Positions 25,660 to 39,196 of a stretch of 64,000 nucleotides of DNA are shown piece after piece. This DNA comes from the human T2T-CHM13v2.0 reference genome, Homo sapiens, in assembly GCF_009914755.1 (NCBI RefSeq), contig NC_060926.1; one strand, written 5' to 3'. Under the pieces are notes generated by a model, which did not search any database, had not been told where the DNA came from, and was given only the letters and a program-made list of their open reading frames with translations. The translations under genes and the position numbers were made by a program. Positions within the stretch are counted from its first letter, which is position 1, and each line of letters starts with the position of its first letter.

Positions 25660-25855
25660 CTCCAATTATTTTATACATATATATAGATATATATGTATAC
25701 ATATGGGGGAAGCAAGAGTTATTTTAAGAAATTGGCTCACATGATTGTTGGTGCTCCCCAGTCTGAATCTGCAGGGCAGGATAGGCTGGTGATTCAGTGA
25801 GAAGTTGTTACTGCAATCTGAAGACAGTCCAGAGGCAGAATTTCCTCTTCCATGT

Positions 25856-26237
25856 TGTATTAGTCCATTTTCACACAGCTGTAAAGAACTTTCCTGAGAC
25901 TGGGTAATTTATAAAGAAAAAAGGTTTTATGGACTCACAGTTCCACATAGCTGAGGAGAGGCCTCAGGAAACACAATCATGGTGGAAGGCAAAGGAAAAG
26001 CAAGTACCTTCTTCACAAGGTGGCCAGAAAGAGAGAGAGTGAGAAGGAGGAACTGTCAAACACTTATAAAACCATCAGTTCTTGTGAGAACTCACTCACT
26101 ATCAAAAGAACAACATGGGGGAAACCACTCTCATGATCCTGTCACCTCTTACCAAGTCTCTCCCTTGACACTCAGGGATTATGGAGATTACAGTTTGAGA
26201 TGAGATTTGGATGGGGACAAGGAACCAAACCATATCA
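25856..26237 (-). mobile_element. THE1D solo LTR
   Basis: TGTATTAGTCC...GAACTGTCAAACACTTATAAAACCATCAG...CCAAACCATATCA. Confidence 0.85.
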
Positions 26238-26487
26238 CTCAGGGTACATCAGTCTTTTTCCTGTTAAGGTCTTCTACTTGGATTGATTGGATGATGCGCA
26301 CCCACATTATAAAGGGCCATTTGCTTGACTCAAAATCTACTGATTTAAATGTTCATCAGATCTTAAACTAATACCTTCACAACAACATCTAAACTGGTGT
26401 TTGACCAAAGACTAGGTACCATAGCTTAGCCAAGTTGACACATAAAATTAACCATCACAGAGGGAATGGGAAAAACTGTTTAATGGG

Positions 26488-26941
26488 CATATTCATCTCC
26501 TAGGGTTACCATAACAAAATCCTGCAAACTGGGCAGCTTACACAGCAGGAACTGATTGGCTTATAATTCTGGGAGCTAGAAGTCTGAGATGGAGTTCTCG
26601 GCAAGATTGGTTCCTTCTGAGGGATGTGAGGGATAAACTGTTCCATGCCTCTCCCCAGCTTCTGGTGGTTTGCTGACAATCTTTGGTGTCCCTGCCTTCA
26701 GTTGTATCACCTCGATCTCTGCCTTGTCACATGCTGTTCTCCCTATGTACGTGGCTCTGCATCCAGCTTTCCTCTTCGAATAAAGACACCAGTCACATTA
26801 GATTAAGGCCCATCCTAATGACCTCTTTTTCACTCAGTACATCTGAAAGGACCCTATTTCCAAATAAGGTCACATTCTGATTTACAGGGGGTTGAGACTT
26901 CAACATCTGAATTCTGGGGGGACGCAATTCAACCCACAACA
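26488..26941 (-). mobile_element. MLT1C MaLR LTR
   Basis: TTGGTTCCTTCTGAGGG...CCCTATTTCCAAATAAGGTCACATTCTGA...CAATTCAACCCACAACA. Confidence 0.85.
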
Positions 26942-27633
26942 ATGAATAAGGGGGTTTGCTTTGGAGCAATATAAATGTTTTGGGACCAGAAAGAGGTAGA
27001 CAAAGTTATAAATGTCCTCAACGCCATAAAATTGCTCACTTGAAAATGAGGAATTTTATATTGAGTGAATTTTATCTCAATCAATTATTTCAAAAAAGGA
27101 AGTGGAGCTTGCAGTGGAGCTTGAATGATGTGTGACATCGCAGAGACCCAGGTGTTGCGGGTAGAAAATGTGGAATAAGCAAATATATGAAGAAAGGACA
27201 CTGCAAGACGTAGTCATAGTCATAGTGCAGAACAGCTGGAGGGTGGCCTTGGCATTGTTCATCACCGTATTAACATCCCAAATGGATCACATTACCTGAG
27301 AAAGTCAAGAGATATCATCTTCACCTGAGAAGCCACTGCCCTGACCAAGACACATTCTCAAGGGGCTGGCTACTTGTCTAGTCATCCAGGAAAATGATGA
27401 CTACAAATATATGGGCCTGTTGGCATCTTTGGCTCTTGTCTCTCTCTCTCTCCTGGGCATAACTGAAGGAGCTACTTTTCTCTTTGAACTTGACGAATCC
27501 CCAAGGGAAAATGCAAATCCATGTAATATGTAAAATGCATAGTGATGCATCTTATGAGGGTGGCAGTGGAGGATAGGAGGGTCTATAATCATCATATACT
27601 GTGAAAATTAAAAAGTTTAAATAGTTTATCTCA

Positions 27634-27924
<291 letters not shown>

Positions 27925-27944
27925 AAATAGTTTATCTCAATTTT

Positions 27945-28235
27945 GTTCAAAGCAGCCAGCCCATGAACTGCTTGCTACTATTGGTTTATAATGATGTAAG
28001 AAACTTGTGGGAGTAGCTAAATCAATATAATGCTTTGTTCATTGAGAAAGTCTTGCTATGAAAAATTAAAATGTTAGCTATAATAAAGAGCTAGACAGTT
28101 GATTTACATTTACATTTCACATTTGCATTTACTAAAGACAGTTGATTTACATCCTGATACAAGGTCCTTATCCCCTTGTAGACAAGTAACAGCTGGTTCC
28201 CACACCAGCAGTGGTCTGCAAATCACACTGAAAGA
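27945..28235. mobile_element. hAT-Charlie MITE remnant
   Basis: GAAAGTCTTGCTATGAAAAA, TGATTTACATCCTG..CAAG.TCCTTATC and a GGTC.GC.AATCACACT end resemble Charlie-family MITEs; subfamily uncertain. Confidence 0.55.
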
Positions 28236-28414
28236 GGTACTCACCTAAATTACCCTTAAAAAGTCCATAAAGTACAGTATTCATGATTTTGTGTATATAT
28301 GAACATTTCAGTTTGAGAAAGATTGATCTAAAGATCTAGAGCGAAAAAAAAAAAAGAACAAAAGGAAAGTGACTATCCAAAGTTATAGGGCATTTGGAAC
28401 TTCCTGCCCGTCTG

Positions 28415-28812
28415 TGAGAGCTATAAACTGGAAGCCACTCAAATGCCATCAACAGTAGAATAAATAAATTCCAACATATGCATAGAACGATGATAAAATA
28501 AATGAGCTACTATTCGCATCACAACATGGATGAATCTCACAAATGGAATGCTAAACAGAAGAAAGATGGCACAAAAGAGCACATACTTTATTTATATAAA
28601 GTTCAAAATCAGTCAAACAGATCTATGATATTAAGGGCAGTGATACTGCTTCCATTTGGGGGAGAGAGTGACTGGGAGGAATCTAAGGATTTTAATGTTC
28701 TTTTTCTTAACCTAAGTGGAGTTAGGAGAATTCCGTTTGTAAAAAACCATCACACCATGCATTTGTGACGTTCCCTCTTCTGTATGTATGTTACACTTCA
28801 ATAAACAGTTGT
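28415..28812 (+). mobile_element. L1ME 3' end
   Basis: CAACATGGATGAATCTCACAAA...TATATAAAGTTCAAAA...TGTATGTATGTTACACTTCAATAAA. Confidence 0.8.
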
Positions 28813-29593
28813 TAAAACATCCTGTCTTTAAGACAACCCTCACGTTCCTACCAGTAATTGGAACTTGCATAGACAGCACCTGCTTTTCTGAAGAGTTCCT
28901 GCCACTGTGTATCTAAGCTTCCAACTATAACCTTGATGCATGTCAATAGTGCTGTTTGTTGTGTTGAGGTCTGAAGGCAATGGCAAAGTTGTATCTTAAG
29001 TTGTGATTAATTTCTAAAGTCAGCATGTAACATAAATGCACATAAAATGAGTCCACTATATACACTCTGAAGCCAAGTGAATTTGTCCATACACATACAC
29101 ACATTTGTACATAACAGTAGGACTTTGTAAATAACATTTCAGTATTCCCAGAAACCACCTTCAGCAATCCACAGATATACAAATGCAGACATTTTGGAAC
29201 AGGCTCCTGGCTTTCTCCTGTATTATATTTTGGTAGAGAGCTCATATTTTCTATGCCCTAGCTTGACACCACAGTTAACAGCCTTTTTGACTTTCACTGG
29301 AGTTTTATCTCTCTCTTGATGAGAGAAAAGTTTTCTCACTAGTTGGAGCATTCTCAGCAAGAGCCTCCCAAATTCCTTTTCCATTCCCCAGATAAAATAT
29401 GTAATGGACTCTTACACATCACAGAGCCAAGCCAGTGCTAAGCTCAACAGTCTAATCTTTAAATTTTCCAAACTTTTATTTTTTTCGCTGTCAGAGCTGA
29501 TATGTGCAGCTGTACAGGTTGTGTACTGCACAATTCTAGGAGGGGCCATTCATTTATAATACTATGAATGGTGTGACTCCTTCCCCTTCCTCC

Positions 29594-29635
<42 letters not shown>

Positions 29636-29636
29636 T
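29594..29636. repeat. Compound (CT)n(CA)n microsatellite
   Basis: Direct read. Confidence 0.9.
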
Positions 29637-31379
29637 ACAGTTACAGTGTTGTGAGAAGTGGAGTACAACAGTGTAGATGGAGATATGAGGGCAGGAGGCC
29701 AGCTCAGCTTTGTCTGACCAAATCATTCATGGTCCATTCCAGCATTGCAGTGAGTCCCATTCAAACTCTTCTCTCAACAAGATTGTAAATAACCACATGC
29801 TTTGGGCCTCTAGTCAAAACTGTAACTGTTAAATTTACAAGAGCACGCTGTAATCCCCAGGAGGTTAATCACCAATTCCCCCTCCCTAGGGCACAAGTCA
29901 AAGTCATAGGTCAGGCAGGGTGAAGGTGCTATCTCTCTCTCTGCCCAGGCCTGCTCCTCCTCATTCATTCTGTGGCTCCTCTGCCATCTGTGATCTCCTT
30001 TATCCCCCCTGTATCCATGCAGGACCTTGTCCCATTTTACTCTGTCTCATGCTGGTCCATGTCCCTGACTGTGTCACTTCATTGTCTCAGGACTGATAGA
30101 ATTATTGGACTAAATTCTCAGTCTGTTATTTCTCTGAGTTCAGTTCTGAAAGCACAAAGACTGTTTTCCCAATCCAGCCTGCTACATTGCATTTTTACTG
30201 TTACAGTTGTCTGTAACCAGATACTAACCCCCTGCTGTCCGAATTCACATAGAGCAAGGAATTCTGTAGGTGTGGCCCAGTGCAAACTAATTGTACTAAT
30301 GCCCCTGAAAGAAAAGCTTCTGGGATTCATCTTGCCTGAAACCCCACTCCAGGCTCCCATTCCTCCAGAGACGCTCTCCCCTTCACACATCCAGACACCT
30401 CTCCTGCTATTGAAGAATGCGCACTTGGAGCCAGATGCTGCCTCATTCAGGGTTTTTCTGTAGGATCATGTCACTTACACAATTACATTATGAACTTCTC
30501 CCTTCCCTTATAGGGGAGGAAAGTTAAAGAAGACGCAAACATCAACTATAAACATCACCGATTGTCCGCCACTGAGCTCCCATTTCAGGGCCAGCTAACG
30601 GGGTGGGCTAGAGGCTGCCTTTGAGGGCCAGGTAAAGGGCCCAAGCCGTGTGCTCTGGGGCAGCTTAGAAAATACCCTGGGAGAACTCACCCAACTATGA
30701 GCTGTGCCCTCTAAATGTCACCTGTATTAAATAGCCTCTGCTGAGGCCCAACAGCCCTGTCTCCAGCAACCCTGCTGTCCTGGCCCTAGAGAAGCCCACC
30801 TGGGCACTGGCAGCCCCAGCATTGTGGCCAAGCTAAACCATGAGCAGGAAAGACAGAGTCCCTCTGGAGATTGATCCCTCTGGGAACTCAGGCTGTTTGG
30901 ATCCAACGCCGAGCAGACTGGCTCTGTGATGTCTTCAGGGAAGAATTTGAGGGCCTTGAGCACGCCAAGACCTGCCTTCTACATGCTGTGATGGGACCCA
31001 CGTGTCCTCTAGAAGCCATAAAAAGAGCCATCTCAGCCCCTGTTTTCTAGTATGGAGCTCGGGGAAAACTTCTATGTGCTGTCTTCCCATCACAAGCACC
31101 TGGGATGGAAGATGCATATCCCCTAGGCCTTCCAGCAAAGAATTAAAAGCTGTTTGGAAGACTCCGTCTGCAAAAATGTCTGATGTTTAAGTCTAGTGGG
31201 TAAAGCCTGAGACTATGGCCTATCCCTAGGAGGAAGTACTTGGGATTTGAGGAAAGCACTGTTTCTACATTCAGGAACGCTAAGAGGAGTCTTGCCACTT
31301 GCAGAGAATCTGAGTCACGACCTTTTCCTTCCTAAGACGTCATCCCTTCAGTTATAAAAGGAGAGGATGTTCCAAATTG

Positions 31380-31520
31380 GCAGTTCATAAACAGCATGCA
31401 TTAGAATCTACTTGGGAGCTTTTTAAATGCCTAAGCCAGGCCCCCACCTCCAGCATATCTTAGGTGGCCTAGGCATGGGAAGTTAAAAAATTTCTGCAGC
31501 TGACTCTGACGTGTCCCCAA
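31380..31520. mobile_element. MER5-family hAT MITE remnant
   Basis: GCATTAGAATC.ACTTGGGAGCTTTTTAAA..GGCCCCCACCTCCAG..CTGACTCTGA. Confidence 0.5.
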
Positions 31521-32084
31521 CAACCTGTAGTTCCATGAACGGAACTTAACATTCTACTCATGCAAATGTGGCCGTGGCATGATATTGTAGTTAGGTCAAT
31601 TTCCTGACATCAGCCTAGTTGAGGTGCTTTGGTTATGCCCAAGTACAAGCTGCACATTAGGGACAAAACCACATCCCCAAGGCTGAGCTTGAAGATCACA
31701 GGCCATTGATGAGGCCACGGCCACCTCTGCACAGGCCAGCACAGCTAGGTTCAAAACAAAAGTATCCCTTACGTGTCTCTCCTTCCATGGCTCCCAAGAT
31801 CCCTGCTCTCATCCCTTCCCCAACCTGGTGCAGTCCTCTCTTCCCATCACTCAATGAGGAAGGAGAGCCTGTGTTTATTCCACGATAGTGGCAACACTTG
31901 CTATCCAGTTATACCAGTTTGAAACCTCTAAGTCTCCTTGGCCTTCACCCTCCGTGAATTCTATTTCAAGCCTCTCCATCCCAATGCCACTGTATTTCTG
32001 GGTCAACTTCTCCCTTGCCAGGAATAAAACAAAAGCCCACAGACAGATGTCCTTCCAGCCACTCCACCAATCTGTCCTCTAGGA

Positions 32085-32235
32085 TGAACTTTTCAAACTG
32101 AGGTTCTGACTTCAGGGATCCCTGCTCTGGCATGTAAAATGCCGTGGGGAGGGAGTGTATTTGTACATTTTTACAGAGGATCCACTGTTTTCATCAGACT
32201 CTCAAAAGAGTTTCTGGCCTAACAAAAGTAGATGA
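32085..32235. mobile_element. hAT MITE remnant, MER103-like
   Basis: TTTTCAAACTG start; GGATCCAC...TTTCATCAGACTCTCAAAAGAG. Confidence 0.45.
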
Positions 32236-34401
32236 AAGTGGATACCAGGCTGCACCCCATTCTATGTTCTGACCAAGGTGGTCTTGAGGGCAGGAACCAC
32301 ATCTTCACCACCTCTGTTTCCCTGTGGTCTGGCTCAGTGTCTGGCACCAAGGAGGAAGTTCCAGGGGTGTTGAACTGAATTACTAGCCACAGCCCAGCAT
32401 GATTTCAGCAGCATGGGAGTGATGCCTTAAAGAACTCTCCCTCGTGGGCTGGAAACACACAGAAAACTCTTGGCCCTCTCCTAGCAAGATAACAGCCTTT
32501 AACTCTGAAGGAAACATTCCATGTGCATCAGCTTTGCCAACGAAAGTGAGCCAAGCAAAGGTGTCTCCAGCCCGTGGAAGAGCCTTGAGGACACCGTGCC
32601 AGCTGCAGCAGGTGATCCACTCTCAGGCATGACTGCACACCACAGCAGTGCCAAACCACCTGCCCATTCAACCAGCTACAGAATCCCAGGCCTGCTGTTG
32701 GATCAGTGGGTCAGATCCAAAAATCCCCACCAGCCCCAAAGCTATCTGCCAATCATTACTACAGTCTTGTGCTCCCCTACAGATGCCAAGCTGTGTGCGT
32801 CTTGTTGGGAGATGTTTATAGCTCAAGTTCCAGAGACAACTTGGAGGGCTCTCAGGCTGTAATCTACTTAAGACAAAAATCTATGACATCTCCTTGGACT
32901 CCTGCAGCTTCCCAAGGGACATTCCAACTGTACTTAGGAATATTTGATTTTCCTGCATGTTGTACTTCCAGGTAAGAAATCATAAAGGTAGAACAGAAGA
33001 TGGCTGGACATGATAAGAATGCAAAACATGTGTTTGCTAAGGGGGAAACAAGAGTCATGGAATCCTAATTCCTCAGGTTGATTCCAGCAGTGCAAGCCAA
33101 GTACAAAGAGATTTACAGAAGAACCAGTTTGCCTCATCTACATGGTGTCTTCCCCCAGACAGCAGGCAGTCAAGACCAATTTCTCAGCCCACAGCATGGG
33201 TATTATCTTCAATGCCCAGGATCCCTGAACTTAGCTTCTTCTGGACCGCAATGGTGAATAGCAAGAGTCCCGGCTGAAGCCTATGTGGGAATCCAGACAT
33301 GTTCAGGGCAGAATTCTCAGAACTCTAACTGCATAAAGAACTGAATTTCTTTCGGGAAGAGAATTCATCCTAAGGCAAGACTCAGCAATGGAGACTTAGA
33401 TATGAAATTTCCACATCTTAGCAAAGGAGTGATTCTGAATGTACTCTGGCTCTGATCCTCAGATCTCTTCCCCATCTAGTCCTACAGATTTATGTCTGTT
33501 GTCTTTAAACTTTTTAAGACAAGCTGGTAACTGGAAAGGGCACAGGCCAGCCTTCAGTTTCAGGCTAGGAGGGCCCCTGCGCATCAGTGCTGCAGCTAAC
33601 AAGGACCACAGTTCCTGATGAGAGGAGTCAGGTAGCAGGAGTGACCACGGGAGACTGTGGAGCCCACAGAAGATGACAACAGAGTCCAAAGCCATGTTCA
33701 GATGGCATGCCAGGACCCCATGGTGGGAGGGAAACTCAGTGATGGGGAGGCAGTTCCTGGAAGAAACAGAAGCACAAAGTGGCTACCAGACATGCTCAGG
33801 AGCACACAAGAGACATCCAGGGGAATCCAGAAATATTCAGTGGAAACTTTGCAAGGGAGTCAAGACCCTATAAACAGATGGGAAGGTTAGTAAAATTCTG
33901 ATTATTATTATTAATATGAATTTATCCATATGCACAAGTTAGAAAATTGATAGAATCTCAAGTCATAATAGAAAAAGCATGGTTGATGGACTTACTCTTT
34001 TGACAGCCTACACGGGCCTTCTGTGGACTTACTTTCCTGATACAAAGATGGGAATTGCTGTTTGAAAACAGGTGAGTACAGGCTTAGCCACTTCTCCATA
34101 AGCCACTGGGAGTGAGCCCTTGACCCCTGAATCATTTGGGTAATTCAGCATCTGGGCTGCAGGTGAAGAGGGACTTTGGTGAGAGCACCTAGATGCCATT
34201 TCCATCACAGGGTACTAAAGGGGTCTTTAGGGGTCTGTGTGGGCTAGAGACCCAGCACCTTCCTGCTGAGCAATGGTAAGTTATTTGTGATCACTGTCTC
34301 CCGAGCCATCATCCTCAACCTTCAGCTCCTCCTTCCCCTGCCCACAAAATCTTGGGATATGAGAGAAGGATCATGTTGATCACAGAATGGTAGCAGAGCA
34401 C

Positions 34402-35370
34402 CATTCATTCATTCAATCATTCACTATTTAGTAAATATGTCCCACATGTCAGGCACTAACCAGGCTCCAACTCGCACTAATGAACAATACAGTTGTGCTC
34501 CCTGCTCTCAGGGAGCTTACAGTCTAGTGGGGCAGACAGGATTTAAACAAGGAGACACAAAAGAACCACAAAGTGTGATCGGGATTTCAAAGGAAAAGAA
34601 CGGGTCTCTATAGGAGAGGACAACAACAGAAAAACTGCTCAGGATTAGGGTGTCATGGAAGCCCCTTGCAGAAATGCTACTTATCCTGAGATGTGAAGAC
34701 AAGTAGGGTTGGTGTGGGGGAAAGCGTGGCTCAAGGCAAAAAGACCTTAAAGCCAAAAGGAGGATCCTGCCCCTGAAAGGAGCCGTGGAACAAAGCATCA
34801 TTTGCAAAGAGAAGAGCAGCAAGAGAAGGGGTCAAAGAGGAGTCTGGACCACCAGAATGAAGCCTTGGAGGCCATAGCAAGGGCTGCACATTTTGTCCTC
34901 GTGCAAAGGGAAGCCAAAAAGGGACTCTACACAGAGAAGTTACATGACAATTTATTTATGTAACCATCAGTCTGGCTGCTTGGGGACGGTAGGTTGGATG
35001 GGGCTCTAAAATAGAATCAAGGAGATCAGTAAGTTGCAGAGAAGTTCGAGAGAGAGATGATGGCAGCTAGGCTAAGGTAGGGACCATAGTAAAGAAATGG
35101 ATAAGTTTGAAAATATTTGAAGATAGCATCAACAGAATTGGTGATGAATGAGTATGAGGACAACCAAGGGGGAAGCAGGGAGGATGATGCCTCAGTTTTC
35201 CAGCGGAGTAGCTGGGCAATTAGAGATGCCATTTATTGAGACTGAGACTGAGGTGGAGCAGGTTTGAGAGAGAATAGCAAGTTCTTCCTTTGGAGCCTCT
35301 TAAGTTTGAGCCTGTGAGACTTCGAAGTGGAGATGCTAAGAAGGCAACTGTCATGCGAGTTTCAAATTCA
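34402..35370 (-). mobile_element. L2 LINE 3' segment
   Basis: CATTCATTCATTCAA tail, CCCTGCTCTCAGGGAGCTTACAGTCTAGTGGGG, and later TAAGTTTGAG..TGTGAGAC..AAGTGGAGATG. Confidence 0.8.
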
Positions 35371-37238
35371 GAAAATGGAAGAATTTAGGAGTTGCTGGCA
35401 CATAGTTGGACCCTGGGGCATGGGACGCCTGTTCAAACTTTTGAGGTATTTGCCCAGTTCACAATCACCCAACCCCACAGCAACGCCTGCAGGTAGGAAG
35501 GCACAGCGCCACTGCTCTCAGCCCACACCTTTTCACTTTTGTCACCCTCTCCTTAAAGGCCTCCATTATTCCTTGTTACCCAGAAGATAAAGTCCAAATA
35601 TCTTAGCCTGCAATTCAAGGCCTTCTGGGATCTGGCCTCCACCTTCCTTATCTCCCTATTGCCTTACATGTGTCTCTGCACCAGCAAACTGGCCTCTTGA
35701 CTGTTCCTGACACACCAATCCCTTCCAGCCCGCACACCTTTGCTCACAGGGGCCCTTACCTGGGCTTCCCTCCTCCCTATTCTACAATCAAATACTACTC
35801 AGGGCAAAGAGGATTGGAAGTGCTGATCACAAACACAAGATATGGGATGAGCTTCAGTCTAGAGGAGGTTCCAGCAAAGGACAGGGCATCACACCCTGGG
35901 CCACCTCCGTGAGCACAGAAAGGATTCAAGGCAACATGACTCTCTTTACCCATCTGCTAAATGGAGCTGAATCAGGCTAGTTTTTCTAGGCAAAAAACAG
36001 GTCACAAAATGTCCAATTTTAAGATTATTCTCAATGTCTCTTTGCCAGGTTACCCTTATCTGAGCAAACAGAATTCATTTCCAAAATCAACTCTCCATAA
36101 ATTGTATTTGGGAGAAACCCTTACATAACTTTAGATATAATTAAGGGGAAAACAGAAAATGGGGGTGGGTGGGCAAAACGGTATGGAGAAGCTGATTGTA
36201 CCCATAGATTGAAAGGATTCTATTCATAGATTAAAAGCTGGCTTTTGGCCTTATTTAAAAAAAAAAATTCTTCCCATTAGGGTGCTTGAGATGCCTAGAG
36301 GTAGGGTCGGAGATAAATCTGGTACTTACCATGACAGGCTGTGGAAGGAGGATGCCAGCTGGCCCTATAGACAGATTCTGCTTCATGGCTTTAGGACCAG
36401 TAGTTGGGGAGCCCAAGGCAATGCCCATGGCAACAGATCACCTGTGCATTTAGGCAGTAGCTTTTCGTCCTTGTCTTTGGTGCTCACTGCCAGCTGGCAT
36501 TACCTTCATGGGCTCTTCTTTCTGATGGGGACTGGAATGGAGGAGAGGGCTTCCCACAGGATAAAGTACTCTCTGCCTACCTCTCCAACTTCATATAGAC
36601 CACTCTCTCCCTGGCCCCCAGAGCTCCAGCTGTTTAAATCTCTCAGTTTCTTGAACCCACCATGCCTGTTCTTGTCCAGGCACTTTTGCTCTGCTGTTCC
36701 CACTGCTGCAAAACACTCTGCCCCTTTTCTGGGCTCCCTGGTGATATGCTAGCCTTTCGTGACCTCCTGGATTAGGGTAGGGGTCCTCTTCAGTTCTCTG
36801 GCCTCACCCTACACCCTCACACCCTGCTTCTCACTCCTCCAGGCTGCTGACCTTGCCACACCTCAGGCTTATAGAGGGAAGACCTGTGTCTGCCTGGGGC
36901 ACAGTGGCCTCCGTGGTGCCTAGACACGGTGATGCTTCCTGCATGTTTACTGATAAAGATGTGAAGGAGAGTGCAAACTGCACTCAGCTCTTCTCTCATT
37001 CTAAAGAGCCACAGGAAAAGGTCAAGGCTCTGAGATTAACCGGGTGAGCCTCAGAGGTCATTGGATATGTCAAGATCGAGAAGTAGAGGATTCTCACATG
37101 AGAAATGAGAGTCATGGAAGTTAGCTGCAAAACTGTGCAAACTTTTTGTACTAGCAGATTCAGTCTTCCCATCCAGAATGGAGGTGTCTTTGTGGTGGAC
37201 TGTCTCTTCCTGCTAGTAACTCTCCCAGGGTATAGTAA

Positions 37239-37595
37239 TGATATGGTTTGGCTGCGTCCCCACCCAAATCTTATCTTGAATTGTATTCCCATAATTCCCA
37301 CATGTTGTGGGAGGGACCCAATGGGAGATAATTTGAATCATGGGGGCAGTTTCCCCCATATTGTTCTTGTGGTAGTGAATAAGTCTCACGAGATCTGATG
37401 GGTTTATCTGGGGTTTCTGCTTTTGCATCCTCCTCATTTTCTCTTGCTGCTGCCATGTAAGAAGTGCCTTTTGCCCCCCATCCCGCCATGATTCTGAGGC
37501 CTCCCCAGCCATGTGGAACTGTAAGTCCAATTAAACCTCTTTTTCTTTCCAGTCTCTAGTATGTCTTTATCAGAAGACATAAACAGACTAATACA
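37239..37595 (+). mobile_element. THE1A-like 5' LTR
   Basis: TGATATGGTTTGGCTG...GTAAGTCCAATTAAACCTCTTTTTC...GACTAATACA. Confidence 0.9.
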
Positions 37596-38840
37596 GTAAA
37601 TTGGTACCAGTAGAGTGGGGTGTGGCTGAAAAGATATCTGAAAATGTGGAAGCAACTTTGGAACTGAGTAACAGGCAGAGACTGGAAAAGTTTGGAGGGC
37701 TCAGAAGAAGACGTGAAAATGTGGGAAAGTTTTAAACTTCCTAGAGACTTGCTGAATGGCTTTGACAAAAATGCTGATAGTGATATGAACAATAAGGTCC
37801 AGGCTGAGGGGGTCTCAGATGGAGATGAGGAACTTCTTGGGAACTGTTAGCAAAGAGACTGATGGCATTTTTGCCCCTGCCCTAGAGATCTGTGGAACTT
37901 TGAACTTGAGAGAGATAATTTAGGGTACCTGGCAGAAGAAATTTCTAAGCAGTAAAGCATTCAAGAGATGACTTGGGTGCTGTTAAGAGCATTCAATTTT
38001 AAAAGGGAAACAGAGCATAAAAGTTTGGAAAATTTGCATCCTGACAATGCGATAGAAAAGAAAAATCCATTTTCTGAGGAGAGATTCAAGCCTGCTGCAG
38101 AAATTTGCTTAACGACGAGCCCAATATTAATCCCCAAAACAATGGGGAAACTGTCTCCAGGGCATGTCAGAGGTCTTCAAGGCAGCCCCTCCCATCACAG
38201 GCACAGAGGCCTAGAAGAAAATAGTTTCCTGGGCCGGGCCCAGGGTCCCTTTGCTGTGTGCAGCTTAAGGACTTGGTTCCCTGTGTCACAGCTGCTCCAG
38301 CCATGGCTGAAAGGGGCCAACATAGAGCTCGGGCCATGACTTCAGAGGGTACAAGCCCCAAGCCTTGGCAGCTTCCAAGTGATGTCGAGCCTGCCAGTGC
38401 ACAGAAGTAAAGAATTGGTGTTAGGGAACCTCTGCCAAGATTTCACAGGATGTATGAAAATACCTGGATGTCCAGGAAGAAGTTTGCTGCAGGGGTAGGG
38501 CTCTCATGGAGAACCTCTGCCAGGGCAGTGCAGGAGGGAAATGTGGGGTTGGAGCCCCCACACAGAGTCCTTACTGAGGCACCACCTAGTGGAGCTGTGA
38601 GAAGAGGACTACCATCCTCCAGACTCCAGAATGGTAGATCCACCTATAGCTTGCACCACGTGCCCAAAAAAGCCACAGACACTCAACACCAGCTCATAAA
38701 AGAAGCTGGGAGGGAGGCTGTACCACAGCGGCCGAGCTGCCCAAGACCATGGGAAACCACCTTTTGCATCAGCGTGACCTGGATGTGAGACATGGAGTCA
38801 GAGGAGATCATTTTGGAGTTTTAAGATATGACTGCCCCGC
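37596..38840 (+). mobile_element. THE1 internal region, 3'-truncated
   Basis: Starts GTAAATTGGTACCAG directly after the LTR and follows THE1-int to ...TTAAGATATGACTGCCCCGC, then stops abruptly. Confidence 0.9.
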
Positions 38841-39196
38841 CCATCCCATTTGCCTCTGTTCTCTTTTTCCATTCTGCAGATGTTTGGAGTCAGATCACTG
38901 TCTTTGGAAGGCAGTGTTTGGAGGAAGAGCACTTGCCAAAAGACCTGGCTCTACTGCTGCAACGGGGAAGTCAGGCGCCTGCAAAGGGCTTGGTCAGGAC
39001 AACAGCAGCTCACCTCCCTGGCATGGACTCCTAACAGGCCCCTCAGTATCAGTCAGATACAGCCCCAGCCATTTGCCTTCCCTGCCCCCACTGCCCCCAC
39101 ACCTTCCCTTGTCCCCATCACTACCCTGCCTGCTGAGAATGCTCACTCAAAATCCACCCCCACTGCAGGAAGCCTTCCCTGACCACTACCCTTCAA

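Larger units (their letters stand above)
25578..26459 (-). mobile_element. MLT2 (ERVL) LTR, MLT2C-like, interrupted by THE1D
   Basis: AATTGGCTCACATGATTG...CCCACATTAT...GCCAAGTTGACACATAAAATTAACCATCACA terminus; internal TG/TA tract. Confidence 0.8.
20619..27097 (+). mobile_element. 5'-truncated L1 (L1MB3-like), decayed ORF2 plus 3'UTR, interrupted by nested insertions
   Basis: ORF2p remnants LTLHLKELEK...SKSWFFEKINKIDKPL (22032-22232) and [25 protein letters not shown] (about 23100-23175); decayed LSLFADDMI region near 23815; L1MB-type 3'UTR resumes at 26460-26487 and 26942-27097. Confidence 0.9.

Noticed and set aside
34007-34071. Plus-strand 65-nt exon-like segment (ttttgacag| ... CAG|gtgagt)
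   Set aside because: Plausible sites but isolated, frame-shifting and with no recognisable peptide; pseudo-exons like this are common
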